Source: Octopus vulgaris (taxonomy: Eukaryota). Taken from it: a DNA stretch of 64,000 bases. The stretch is from the NCBI GenBank assembly GCA_951406725.2, contig OX597837.1, positions 14,136,001 to 14,200,000 on the forward strand. Reading direction: 5' to 3'. Under the pieces are notes generated by a model. The model was not told the DNA's origin. It ran no database searches and saw only the letters and a program-made list of their open reading frames with translations. Of this stretch, positions 28,936-42,948 are shown in pieces; position 1 is the stretch's first letter, and each line of letters begins with the position of its first letter. Position numbers and translations under genes: made by a program.

Positions 28936-29099
28936 GTACATATATATATGTGCGTGTGTGTGTGTGTATGTATATATATATACACACACATGTATGTGTG
29001 TATATATATGCGCGCGTATACATGTATTTATATATAGATGTATATATCTATATCTATGTATCTATGTATCTATGTATGTATCTGTCTATCTATCTACAT

Positions 29100-29132
<33 letters not shown>

Positions 29133-29369
29133 AGAGACCAAAGTGTACGTACGCCGCAATATTTTTATATATAAAAAATGCAAAAATAGGACAAGAACGC
29201 AAAACATCCAGATAGTTAGGTGATACAAAAAGTATATATATATATATATACTTTATACTTTGATAGGTTTCAACCAATATTGGCCCAGGTCATGTCTAAC
29301 TTAATTGCACCATCTGGCGAAGTCATTCTAGTCAAGAATCAGACGACATGGCCCACTCAGGTAGAGAGT

Positions 29370-30520
29370 TATTGTCTACGGAGGCATAGCCGATGTAAGA
29401 GGTTCATCTGGGATTTCTTGAAGGAATTTGTCCAAAGACTTCTTGAACTTTATGGGGTCTGTTTCTGCTTTAATGTGTTTTGGTGTAATGCTAAAGAGAA
29501 CGGGGCCAATTGAGGTGAAGTAATTTTGCTGTATTGTTATTAAGAGATGAGAGTGTGATTTATGCTGTAGGCACATAGCTTGGGGCCCAAGTCTTGGGTG
29601 TATCTTAAATGTGATGCCAACATCATTTGGGCAATGATGATGGAATATTTTCTTCATCATGCGCTGATGATGTAGCACTGTCGGCGGCGTTGCAGAGCAT
29701 AAAGTTTGAGCTTTTTTAGTTGACCCCAATAGTCAAGGCCTGTCATGCTTTTTGTACTTAACCTTTGAGGTGCTTCAACTTTCATGATACTTTGGTTCGT
29801 GTGGGGAGACCACATTGGACAACAGTATTGAAGGTGGGGTCGGGCAAAAGTGGAGAAGAGAAGGGTAATGGTGTGGAATCCAGGAACACGTTCTGCGAGC
29901 CATGTCAACTTTGCTTTTTATTTGTGTAGCCCAGCTTATGTTGCTGTCCACAATTACTCTCAAGTCTCTGATGTTGTTGGATGCCATAAGAGTTTCACTT
30001 GAAGGAAGAGAGTAGGGGAGTTTCAGGATGTCCTCTTTTCCGAAGTGGATTAACTCGAATTTGTCCTCGTTCAGCAGCATATTATTCTTTTCCGCGCATT
30101 GGATGACAACCAGTAGATCTGACAGAAGGTATGTCCGGTCACCCACTTCATTGATGGCCTTCTGGAGCTTGGAATCATTAGCAAAGATTCTTATGTTGCT
30201 GTGTTTGATAATATCAGTAATATCATTGATGTAGATGATGAAAAGAAGTGGGCCCGACGCAGTGCCTTGTGGAACACCACTACTGACTTTGGCTGGGCTT
30301 GATTTTGCTCCTTCGACTACAACGTGTTGGGTTCTGTCTGTCAGGAAAGACTTGATCCATTGTAGTAACTTTCCAAAGACACCAATGCTAGATAGTTTTT
30401 TTTCAAAAGAATCTTATGATCAACCTTGTAAAAGGTGTTGGTGAAATCATGGGAGAGAACTTCTACCCAAAACTCTCCCAAACTCTCAAAATGCCATCAA
30501 AGTATTGCAGGAGCTGCGTT
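29370..30520 (-). mobile_element. CR1-clade LINE ORF2 3' part (degenerate)
   Basis: SGVPQGTASGPLLFIIYIND..FANDSK, RPHLQYCCPMWSPH, LKLYALQRRR, FKKSLDKFLQEIPDEP. Confidence 0.85.
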
Positions 30521-30924
30521 AGGCAGTTCCTTCCATTAGGGGACCCATGTTGGTTGGGGTCCTCTAGGATAATGATAATAATAATAATCGTTATGTTTAT
30601 CAACGGTTTGTAATTTTGGTTGAAATATACCATCGAAATATCACAGAGACGTTGCTGTAATCATAAGCTGAAAGCAGCGGAAAGAACTATTTCTAAGGGT
30701 ATGGGAACGTGACTATCGTTTGTAATTTACGCGTGCGAGACATTTCAAAGACTTATTTGACTCAATCCGTTCCTGAGAGAATAGAAGAGAAAAGAATGAA
30801 GACGGAAACTTCACGAGACAGATTTTTCAATTGTTAGTTCAATAAAAACTGCAACATTTTCCTTCTTTCTTTGTTCATTTCTCTCTTTCTCTCTTTCTTA
30901 CTTCTTTTTGTATCTGCAGACCTG

Positions 30925-31181
30925 TATACACACATACATACATACATACATACATGCATACATACATACATACATACATGCATACATACATACATACATG
31001 CATACATACACACATACATACATGCATACATACATACACACATACATACATACACACACATACATACATACATACATACAAGCATACATACATACGGACA
31101 TACATACATACTACATACATACATACATACATACATGCATATATACATGCATACATACATATATACATACATACATACATG

Positions 31182-31213
<32 letters not shown>

Positions 31214-31743
31214 CATACATACATGCCTGCATACATACATACATACATACATACATACATACATACATGCATACATACATACATATATACATGCATACAT
31301 ACGTACATACGTACGAACATACATACATACATACATATATACATGCATACATACGTACGTACGTACGAACATACATACATACATACATATATACATGCAT
31401 ACATACGTACGTACGAACATACATACATACATACATACATATATACATGCATACATACGTACGTACGTACGAACATACATACATACATACATACATACAT
31501 ACATACATACATACACACATGCATGCATACATGCATGCATGCATGCATACATACATGCATGCATGCATGCATACATACATACATACATGCATACATACAT
31601 ACATACATACATACATGCATGCATACATACATACGTACATACATACACACATACATACATACATACACACATACATACATACATGCATACATACATACAT
31701 CTATACATACATACATACATAAATACATATATGCATACATACA

Positions 31744-31777
<34 letters not shown>

Positions 31778-32155
31778 CATATATACATACATAAATACAT
31801 ACACACATACATACATACATGCATACATACATACATACATACATACATACATACATACATGCATACATACATACATACATACATATATACATACATACAT
31901 AAATACATACACACATACATACATACATGCATACATACATACATACATACATATATACATACATACATACATACATGCATACATACATGCATACATACAT
32001 ACATACATATACACATGCATACATACATGCATACATACATGCATACATACATACACACATACATACATACATACGCACATACATTCATACATACATGCAT
32101 ACATACATACATACATACATACATACATACATACATACATACATACATACATGCA
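30925..32155. repeat. (TACA)n satellite, about 1.2 kb
   Basis: Directly visible; similar tracts at 15713-16260, 19920-20500, 39365-40460, 52610-52990 and 60243-60580. Confidence 0.95.
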
Positions 32156-32491
32156 TAAGCCTCCTGGAGATCCACATAAGATTTTGTTAAATTTTATGCA
32201 CAATAAATTAGAAATGCTTCTAGAATACACAAAATACACAAAAATGTTTTAACAATTTTTTTAATACAATTTCTAATAATATTTAATTATACATCGATAA
32301 TATGATTTTGTTTTTAAACATCAATAAGCTGTGAGGGCCAGCATGAGTAAAGCAAGCATCGAGGAGATCCACAGGCAAAAAATTGGTCGGGAGTCACTGA
32401 TTTCATGCATTTGAATCTTGGAATAACAGGAAAAGATTATTGCTTAAAGACGGCTTCTAGAAGCTTCTAGAGCAACTTGGAGCCATTAGAG

Positions 32492-32710
32492 CCATGCTTT
32501 TCAAACTTTTTGCTGGAGCGGAACCCCAAGGAAACATTCCACTGGCTCGAGGAACCCCTGTGCAATAATTTAATAGTCTTATGCACACATATCTGCACAG
32601 GAGAATTAAAAATTACTGCCGATTTTAGCAGTTTTGTAACTTCTTGCGGAACCCCTGCACTGTACTGGCGGAACCCTAAGGTTCCGCGGAACCCTGGTTG
32701 AAAACCACTG
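32492..32710. mobile_element. hAT (Charlie-like) MITE with perfect 8-bp TSD
   Basis: TSD CATTAGAG at 32484-32491 and 32711-32718; right TIR GGTTGAAAACCACTG; subterminal GGAACCC repeats. Confidence 0.85.
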
Positions 32711-32929
32711 CATTAGAGCCATGCTTGTTGGATGCCACACACTGGGAAATGGTTAACTTTATATCGACTGCAAATTTATTTAAACTCCTTGAAACAATCA
32801 AGTCTACCTTGGACAAAATGTCGAAAATTGCTATTTCTGATTGCTTGGAAGGAAGTATGATGAGCTGGCAGAAGAGTATTTTGCAGTTCTCGGTTCATCC
32901 AAGATACAGTGCCGATTATATATATATAT

Positions 32930-33140
32930 AACGGGAAAGTTTACGAAAATAAGCAAAAGACGAAGGCAGGTGGAGTACAAACAAACAAATGTATTAGTAT
33001 AGCGCTCAGGAAGAGAAATAGAAAAAGTCTTTTACGTTTCGAGCCTACGCTCTTCGACAGAAAGATACACAGAAAAAAAAGCAAGGAGAGAAACAAGGAG
33101 AGAAAAAAATGCGTGTAGGAGCTAACGATCTATGATGGCG
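32930..33140 (-). mobile_element. Hammerhead-like element copy
   Basis: TCTTT-CTGTCGA-AGAGC-GTAG-GCTC-GAAACGTA-AAAGA at 33065-33028; abuts (TA)n. Confidence 0.65.
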
Positions 33141-33328
33141 TAGACAAGAATATTATTGACAGAAGCTTCGAAGTCACTGTCAATAATATTTTTGCTTAAG
33201 AATAATAAACTTGTACTCTTATAAAATATGGAGTAACCCATCAAATTTATGTAGAATTGTTTACATTATAACTGAACATAAAACCGAACATTAATCTATC
33301 TATCTGTCTGTCTGAGTGTCTATCAATA

Positions 33329-33414
<86 letters not shown>

Positions 33415-33474
33415 CACACACACATATGTATATATGTGTGTGTATGTATGTCTGTATAGATATATAAATATATA

Positions 33475-33691
33475 CGAGAAGGTGCTGGAAAGTTCCTTGT
33501 TTTGGGTAAAAGAAAATACAGGAGGATGAATTAATTATGATTTTATTCAACATATTCCCCTCTCAGATTCACACACTTACTGCAGCGGTCCTTTACTTTT
33601 TGCAAGCCCTGTAAAAGAACTCGGTAGGTGGGGGTCTCCAGCTAGACCTTTCGAGACTCCCTTAAAGCAAGGAACTCTTCAGCAGCCCTCG
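33475..33691 (-). mobile_element. Mariner internal-deletion derivative
   Basis: TA-CGAG..TGCTG.AAAGTTCC TIRs; minus strand encodes the mariner C-terminus [14 protein letters not shown]. Confidence 0.8.
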
Positions 33692-33769
33692 TATTTATAT
33701 ATACGTGTATATGTACATATGGATCTATATATATATACATATATATATCTACATACATGTATATGTATA

Positions 33770-33965
33770 TTGTTGAAATTTACAGAAAAACCAAACACGA
33801 AGACAGGAGTATGGACAACAAGAAGTTGTATTAGTTTGACGCTCAGGAAAGTGAGAAAGTCTTTTATGTTTCGAGCCTATGCTCTTCAACAGAAAGGAAT
33901 AAGAGAAAATTAGCTGAGAAAGAATAAAAACAGGTTGTGGACTTAGCGATTAATCATGGCGAAAC
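33770..33965 (-). mobile_element. Hammerhead-like element copy
   Basis: CTTT-CTGTTGA-AGAGC-ATAG-GCTC-GAAACATA-AAAG at 33896-33861. Confidence 0.6.
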
Positions 33966-34379
33966 ATATATGTATATACATACATACATACATAAATACA
34001 TATATATGTGTGTGTATGCGTACTCAGACACACGCACATATACATATGTGTGTGTGTGTATGTGTACACCAACAAACACACACGTCGAAAAAGGAGAAAG
34101 GGAGAGAAATAAAAAAAGAAGAACAAAAGGTTGACCCCATGGATGCAGACTGCATTGAAGCGGTCTAACAGGGAACGTGGGGAAATGGTTGCTCAACCAG
34201 ACCAGACTGGAGCATTTCTTTTTTGCTTTTTTTGTACTAGGCTCAAGGTCGGCAGCATTGAAATGCTTGAATCTTAGGATGCTAAGGAATACGATTAACC
34301 TTCACTTAACATTCAGGTACACATTCAAATAATACACCTATTTACATAAAGTCACACACAAATATACGTAGACACACGA

Positions 34380-34865
34380 GCACACACACACGCATACACA
34401 CACACGCATTCACACACACGCATACACACACACGCATACACACACACACGCATACACACACACGCATACACACACACGCATACACACACACGCATACACA
34501 CACATGCACACACACACATGCATACACACACACGCATACACACACATGCATACACACACGCATACACACACATGCACACACACACATGCATACACACACA
34601 CGCATACACACACATGCATACACACACGCATACACACACACGCATACACACACACGCATACACACACATGCATACACACACGCATACACACACACGCATA
34701 CACACACACGCATACACACACACGCATACACATACACGCATACATACACACGCATACACACACATGCATACACACACACGCATACACACACACGCATACA
34801 CACCCATGCATACACACACGCATACACACACACGCATACACACACACGCACACACACACACGCAT
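34380..34865. repeat. (CACACACGCATA)n minisatellite
   Basis: Directly visible. Confidence 0.95.
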
Positions 34866-35937
34866 GCATACATCAAAGAGATATCTATGCGCTCATACAC
34901 GCATACATGCGCCCCCATTCTCGTGCACACATACCTACATGAATATCTTTGCATTAGTAGAAGGCCTCCTTATTTACATATGTACACAACACGTACAGGT
35001 AAGTACAGGTAAGTATATTTAATGCTTACAGCTGCTTTCATGCATTATAAATTATTCAGGATATAGAACACCTCCAGGGTATCACACAGTGCGTTCACAC
35101 AGACTCGGACGTCTCAAAGCCTACTTTCAACATCTTAAGACACAAGACAGGAAAATATTTGACTTCTGAATACTAAACGGTTGTTATAGATTCTATAATT
35201 GTTGCCTCTGCTACTGTTGTTTTGTTGTTGCTGTTGTTGTAACCCCCAGGACGGTTGGAGTCGGCTTGAAAAAAAGGCCTATGTTTCATGTTTTAATCTT
35301 TTGTTTGTTTCAATCATTAGACAGCGGTCACGTTGCTACACCATCTTGAAGGTTCTCAACCGTATTTTATTTCTAAACTCCTCTGATTAATATTTCACTC
35401 TGGTGGGCCCCTATCACCAATTGATATTTAAAAACTAGTTTTTTTTACAAACCCCTTTAAAAATCCCTATTTTGTTTTTCACTCATTAACTAATGTCAGT
35501 TGAATTATGTAAAATGTTAGAGAAAGAAACCCATCTATTTCTTGCAATACATACCAATACATACATCCGAAGCAGGGGTTTTCAACCATTCTTTTTACCT
35601 ATAGATCCTTTCGATTACTATTCTATTCTGGCAGACCCCCATTCCCATTCGATGTCTAAAATCTAGTTTTTTACAAACTTCTTTCAAAATTCTTATTTTG
35701 CTTTTCTCACATTAACTTGTGTCAGTTGTCCGGCGTGTAACGTTGCCTTAAACCAGATTAAAGTGGAGGTGCTAGTCGATTGTATCGACCCCCGTGCTCA
35801 ATAGCTGCAAATTTATCGACTCTGAAGGGACAAAAAGCATTGTTGACACCGGAGGGGTTTGAACTAAGAACGTAATGAATCGGAAGAAATGTAGCTAAAC
35901 ATTTTGTCCGACGGGCTAATAATTCAGCCATTATTAT

Positions 35938-36168
35938 TATTTCTTTATTGTCCACAAGGAGCTAAACATGGAGGGAACAAACAAGGACAGACAAAGGGAT
36001 TAAGTTGATTACGTCGACCTCAGTGCGTAACTAGTACTTACTTAATTGACCCTGAAAGGATGAAAGGCAAAGTCGACTTCGTAGGGATTTGAACGCAGAA
36101 CGTAGCGACGGACGGAATACCTCTAAGCATTTCGTCCAGCGCACTAACCATTCTGCCAGCTCGCCGCC

Positions 36169-36170
<2 letters not shown>
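35938..36170 (-). mobile_element. SINE family 1, full-length
   Basis: Homologous to 1560-1794; flanked by (ATT)/(AAT) repeats. Confidence 0.85.
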
Positions 36171-36210
<40 letters not shown>

Positions 36211-36372
36211 TGATGTTTATCTTGATATGAGATCACCATGTCGTGCACATATGGTTGTGATGCATGTGCCTGGTGTACCTTTATCAGACGGGTAGTCATG
36301 ATGGGTATACTGGGCTTCGTATAATTTACCCCTGTGTCACTTTGATGGCATGCACTGCTCTCTCTCTCTCTC

Positions 36373-36461
<89 letters not shown>

Positions 36462-36464
36462 CAA

Positions 36465-36770
36465 ATTATAGAGTGTGGAATTTGGGGTGAAACAATGGAG
36501 CCCAATGTTGCAGAGTGTCCCAAGTTGGCTCAGGGAGGATATAAGAAATGGAAGCATGACAAAGTTGCGAAAGTTTTTGCATTGGGGGCCTTTTTCAGAA
36601 ATGGGGGTGGGGGTTGAATCTGGACGTATAATGATCGGGGTTGAAGGGGTGCAAGAGTCGGGGTGGGGGAAATGCAAGATCTTATGCGATTTTCCCATTC
36701 AAACGGATATGAAGTTAGAAAATAATAAACTAGACGTAACAATTCCAAGGAAAAAGGGAAACCAGAAAAA
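36465..36770 (+). mobile_element. RLE-type (R4/Dong-like) LINE fragment
   Basis: ETMEPNVAECPKLAQGGYKKWKHDKVAK (decayed CCHC/RHD) and KILCDFPIQTDMKLENNKLDVTI. Confidence 0.7.
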
Positions 36771-37099
36771 GTAAAATGAATTGTGATTAAATAATGCTGT
36801 TTTCGAGTTATTTGACATTGGCCCCAATTAGATATTCAGCGTTAATGTACTCGGGTTGCAGTTCATTTTCTGTAAGGAATATATTAACAAATGGGACATA
36901 GATTAGCCTTTAATCTCGGCTTTGAAATATTTAATTAGATTGTCACAATGGCTTCGACGGTTAATGTATGCATGACATCGGCGATCACTCCCTCGCGCGC
37001 CTACACGCAAACACACACCCGTATTTTGGCGAACACGTACATACGTGTATGTGTGTGTGTGTGTATGTGTGTGTGTGTATGTGTGTGCGTGCGTGTGCA

Positions 37100-37144
<45 letters not shown>

Positions 37145-37283
37145 GTGTGTTTGACCGAGCAAGGAAGTCAAACCCTCGATAGAATCACTCTGTCGTCTTA
37201 AAAGTCACGTTGGACAATTAAAAAGAGCCGGGATGGTTATGGCCGGAAGGTCTACACAATCAAAGGTGTCCTTGACCAAATTT

Positions 37284-37330
<47 letters not shown>

Positions 37331-37384
37331 TTATGAAGATATATAGATAGAAGGACAAATTGATAGCTAGATAGAAATACAAGC

Positions 37385-37415
<31 letters not shown>

Positions 37416-37541
37416 TAGATAGATAAATAGATAGATAGATAGATATAGATAGATAGATAGATAGATAGACAGACAGATATAGATAGATAGATAAATAGAT
37501 AGATAGATAGATAGACAGATATAGATAGATAGATAGATAGG

Positions 37542-37579
<38 letters not shown>

Positions 37580-37590
37580 TAGATAGATAG

Positions 37591-37621
<31 letters not shown>

Positions 37622-38102
37622 CAGGTAGATCGATAGATATATAGATAGATAGACAGATATATATATAGATAGATAGATAGACAGAGATAGATAGATAAAT
37701 AGATCGATAGATAGATAGATAGATAGAATTATTGAATATGCAGATAAGCAACGGTTTCCTCTCTCAAAGCGAAGGAGTTGGATGTCTAGAAAAAGTCGCT
37801 CTGCCATTGTTTAAAACTTACTGACTGAAACAAGAATAATTAAGTCAGTTTAATGAGTCTGACTAATCACTGACTTCCTTCTTGGCGCCTAATGTAATAG
37901 TAGTAATAGTAGTACTACGCGTTTGGAGTGGAAAAGGTCAAGGTTTGGTGGTCGTTCATACCTGTAAAATATACGATAAAGAAAAAAGAGGGAACCGGTA
38001 ATTAAGACCGTTTCTTTAATCATAGCAATTACTTATGTATAAACCTTTCCATTTTAGGTTCAAGGGTTGAAATTTTGCAAGAGTGGTTAATCGATTATAT
38101 AT

Positions 38103-39053
38103 CTATTTCTTTACTACCCACAAGGGGCTAAACACAGAGGGGACAAACAAGGACAGACAAACGAATTAAGTCGATTACATCGACCCCAGTGCGTAACTGG
38201 TACTTATTTAATCGACCCCGAAAGGATGAAAGGCAAAGTCGACCTCGGCGGAATTTGAACTCAGAACGTAGCCACAGACGAAATACCTATTTCTTTACTA
38301 CCCACAAGGGGCTAAACACAGAGGGGACAAACAAGGACAGACATAAGTATTAAGTCGATTACATCGACCCCAGTGCGTAACTGGTACTTATTTAATCGAC
38401 CCCGAAAGGATGAAAGGCAAAGTCGACCTCGGCGGAATTTGAACTCAGAACGTAGCCACAGACGAAATACCTATTTCTTTACTACCCACAAGGGGCTAAA
38501 CACAGAGGGGACAAACAAGGACAGACATAAGTATTAAGTCGATTACATCGACCCCAGTGCGTAACTGGTACTTATTTAATCGACCCCGAAAGGATGAAAG
38601 GCAAAGTCGACCTCGGCGGAATTTGAACTTGAACGTAGCCACAGACGAAATACCTATTTCTTTACTACCCACAAGGGGCTAAACACAGAGGGGACAAACA
38701 AGGACAGACATAAGTATTAAGTCGATTACATCGACCCCAGTGCGTAACTGGTACTTATTTAATCGACCCCGAAAGGATGAAAGGCAAAGTCGACCTCGGC
38801 GGAATTTGAACTCAGAACGTAGCCACAGACGAAATACCTATTTCTTTACTACCCACAAGGGGCTAAACACAGAGGGGACAAACAAGGACAGACATAAGTA
38901 TTAAGTCGATTACATCGACCCCAGTGCGTAACTGGTACTTATTTAATCGACCCCGAAAGGATGAAAGGCAAAGTCGACCTCGGCGGAATTTAACTCAGAA
39001 CGTAGCGGCAGACGAAATACAGCTTAGCATTTCGCCCGTCGTCCTAACGATTC
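38103..39053 (-). repeat. SINE family 1 tandem array, 5 units of 183-184 bp
   Basis: Units start at 38103, 38287, 38471, 38654 and 38838; head remnant only at the 39053 end; flanking direct repeat TTATATAT(C) at 38095 and 39054. Confidence 0.95.
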
Positions 39054-39404
39054 TTATATATCGTCCACCCCGCCGGGTTGGGTTGGTCCTTCGTTTATCG
39101 ACTACGAAAGGATGAAAAGTTCTAAGGTCGCAGTCATATGACTGAGACAAACAAAAGAATAAAGGAGTAATTAAATATGTATATATGTATGTATATACAC
39201 ACGATTCATGTAAATATACATACCTTTATGTATGTATGTGTGTGTGTCATTATTCAGTTTTATTTCAAGATTTCTTACCAACAAAGAAAGAACCGGTTTG
39301 TAACTTAGATCCAAGGCTCTTTGGATGGAATTTCAACATCAACAATAGGGTATTTTTATGTGTTTGTATGTATGTATGTATGTATGTATGTATGTATGTA
39401 TGTG

Positions 39405-39457
<53 letters not shown>

Positions 39458-40431
39458 GTATGTATGTATGTATGTATGTATGAATGTATGTATGTATGTA
39501 TGTATGTATGTATGTATGTATGTATGTATGTATGTATGTATGAATGTATGTATGTATTTATGTATGTATGTATGAATGTATGTATGTATGTATGTATGTA
39601 TGTATGTATGTATGTATGTATGTATGTATGTATGTATGTATGTATGTATGTGTGTGTGTATGTATGTATGTATGTATGTATGTATGTATGTATGCAATGT
39701 ATGTATGTATGTATGTATGTATGTATGTATGAATGTATGTATGTATGTATGTATGTATGTATGTATGTATGTATGTATGTATGTATGTATGTATGTATGT
39801 ATGAATGTATGTATGTATGTATGTATGTATGTATGTATGTGTGTATGTATGTATGTATGTATGTATGAATGTATGTATGTATGTATGTATGTGTGTATGT
39901 ATGTATGTATGTATGTATGAATGTATGTATGTATGTATGTATGAATGTATGTATGTATTTATGTATGTATGTATGTATGTATGTATGTATGTGTGTATGT
40001 ATGTATGAATGTATGTATGTATTTATGTATGTATGTATGTATGTATGTATGTATGTATGTATGTATGTATGTATGTATGTATGTATGTATGTATGTATGT
40101 ATGTATGTATGTATGTATGTGTGTATGTATGTATGTATGTATGTATGTATGTATGTATGTATGTATGTATGTGTGTGTGTATGTATGTATGTATGTATGT
40201 ATGTATGTATGTATGTATGTATGTATGTATTTATGTATGTATGTATGAATGTATGTATGTATGTATGTATGTGTGTGTGTATGTATGTATGTATGTATTT
40301 ATGTATGTATGTATGTATGTATGTATGTATGTATGTATGTATTTATGTATGTATGTATGTATGTATGTATGTATGTATGTGTGTATGTATGTATGTATGT
40401 ATGTATGTATTTATGTATGAATGTATGTATG

Positions 40432-40462
<31 letters not shown>

Positions 40463-40826
40463 GTAAGTATGTATGCATTATGTATGTATATGCAGATTTG
40501 TATGTTTTATGTATGTATTCCCATGCATATAGTCACATATCTAAACATGCTCATATATATTTAAATAATAAACTTCTGGATAGTTATACAGATTTTTACA
40601 ATTCCAGTGATGGACTGGATCTGTACTCTTCGAATTAGTTTTCTCCTTTCTGGTTTTGAGAAGCCTAATTTCTCAAGATTGGTATTTAGGCAGGGTGTTA
40701 CATATCCCAGGGCCCCAGTAATTACAGGTATAAACCTGTATGTATTTTCATAGTAGTAGGAGCGCTAACAAAGTTTCGAGAAATAAACAAACTTTAGGTT
40801 ACACAATATTAGTATATGTATATCTT

Positions 40827-40934
40827 CATTAATATTTAGCAGAAGTAACAGAGTGACTCAAGGCCCGAGAGTTTCTTACAACGCACGAAACCCTCGGACC
40901 TGTGTTACTCTGTGGTTTCTGCTAAATATTAATG
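40827..40934. repeat. Palindromic element
   Basis: CATTAATATTTAGCAGAA..CAGAGTGAC..CCGAG / CTCGG..GTTACTCTG..TTCTGCTAAATATTAATG. Confidence 0.75.
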
Positions 40935-40962
40935 TATATTTATAAAATTATAATTAAGGGTA

Positions 40963-41016
<54 letters not shown>

Positions 41017-41266
41017 TATTCAAAGGAATTCCAACTCTGTTTTTTATGTTTTAATTATATTCTTTATAATGTTAATGTAGAATATAGAATATATAGTATA
41101 AATAGTATATATAGTAAAATGAAATGAAGTATTAATTGCCTTATTGAATAGATGAAATGTTGAATATAAAATATTAAGAGACTAGTATACTTTCTTGCAT
41201 TAAAGCAGTCTTCAAGGTCCAAGGTTATGGCAGGAGTGTTTCTACTATATATATATATATATATAG

Positions 41267-41353
<87 letters not shown>

Positions 41354-41819
41354 TAGATAGATAGATAGATAGATAGACGGAAAGACAAATAGAAGGATAG
41401 ATGACCAATATCTTACATTAGAATTGTGCTCATCCTTATGACGTGTGAACTTTGGCACACCTAATAATATATGGCAGTTGTTTACATAGGCTTATAAACA
41501 AGAATTGAAGTTGTTCACTAGATCCTGTTCAATTTTAGGAAAAGCTTTTATTCTCTAAGTAAACACTAAGAACGTTCACTCTTCTCGATTCTTAAACTAC
41601 TAATATCTTTTGAAGAAAAAGAACACATCCCAAGAATTTCCCGAAGATTGTATTTCCATCTTTCATTTTAATGAATTGTCGCATTTCGAAAAATGTCAGA
41701 TTATTGACTCCACTCATCTGCCATTGACATCTCTTCTTTTCTTTTTTTCTAGGTGGGTTATGTCTGTGATTGAAGCAGTTAGTGACCAGTTTAGTATGAA
41801 GAGTCACTGAATATATATT

Positions 41820-42380
41820 TACAAGGCCCGATCAGAAAGTATTGGAGATTTTGCTATTGTAAAGGAGCTAAAGTGTGCAGAGTGAAGCCACTTGACACAG
41901 AATAACTTTGAAGTCTGTCACGTATATATACTAAGTTATAACGCCCTCGCTCACTTCCGTTCTCTAAAGAAATGTTTGGAAGAGTAAAATGTGTCGTGTG
42001 TGGTAATTTAAAAAAGAAGATCGGTTATCGGCTGCACAGGATCCACTTGATTGTGTTAAAGAGGAAAATGTTTGAAAACTGTCATAATTGGTGACGAAAT
42101 GTGGGTCATATGGCTATGACCCCAAAACCAAGGCTTAAAAGGAATTTTACTAGAAAAGGACAAAATCTCAAGACATCTAAGAAATCCAAGACAATGTGAC
42201 GAAGCAGCTGATCGCTATCTCAAAAAAGTTCCGGGAATAATTCCATCAATAGAAAGGACGCTGGATAAAATGGATGACTTCAGAAAGGGACCACATCGAA
42301 GGAGATTAAATGCCGGATTGACATGTGTTGTAGTTTTCTATTTATAACCCCTGTCCCGTTACTTTTTGATCAGACCTCGT
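41820..42380 (+). mobile_element. Mariner deletion derivative
   Basis: TIR-like ends GATCAGAAAGTA / TACTTTTTGATC; internal IGDEMW..YGYDPKTK and RWIKW....D.IEGD* remnants. Confidence 0.7.
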
Positions 42381-42679
42381 TTATTAGCTTATATTTGAAT
42401 TTTGTCTTGTTTCTCTTATGATTTGGGAGCGTCAGTTTCAACCGTTTGGTCACGTAGCTCGATTTTCGTGTTCTCTTTCATGAAGATCCGGCTGGGATGA
42501 CGGTTCGTGTTAATCGGCCACATACCACATGGTTACAACAGATGAGAAAGTATCTATCGCGGAGATGGGAACTGACTGGGGCACCACGCGGACATATGGA
42601 AATATATATCCATGACACCTTCAACCCCACAGAGAAACATACATACATTCATATATATCCTTGCTTGTTTGTTCCTTCT

Positions 42680-42948
42680 CGAGCTATGCCTTGCTCATAG
42701 GGCCGTTTTCCCGGTTTCCTTGGCGTGTAGGTTCCCCACCTGGACGGGACGCCAGTCCTTCGCAGGTGAGCTGCAAGATTCAGGAGGAAAGAGTGAGAGA
42801 AAGTTGTGACGAAAGAGTCAGCAGAAGTTCGCCATTACCTTTTTGCCGGAGCCGCGTGGAGCTTAGGTGTTTTCGCTCATAAACACACACATCGCCTGGT
42901 CTGAGATTCGAAACCGCTGCTCTAACCACTAGGCCATGTGCCTCCACA
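42680..42948 (-). mobile_element. tRNA-SINE with V-domain-like motif
   Basis: Head GGCACATGGCCTAGTGGTTAGAGC..GGTTTCGAATC; CCTGCGAAGGACTGGCGTCCCGTCCAGG. Confidence 0.6.

Noticed and set aside
38103-39053. CRISPR-like array or hammerhead retrozyme
   Set aside because: No unique spacers, the units are SINE bodies, and I found no CUGAnGA...GAAA hammerhead core on either strand of the unit.
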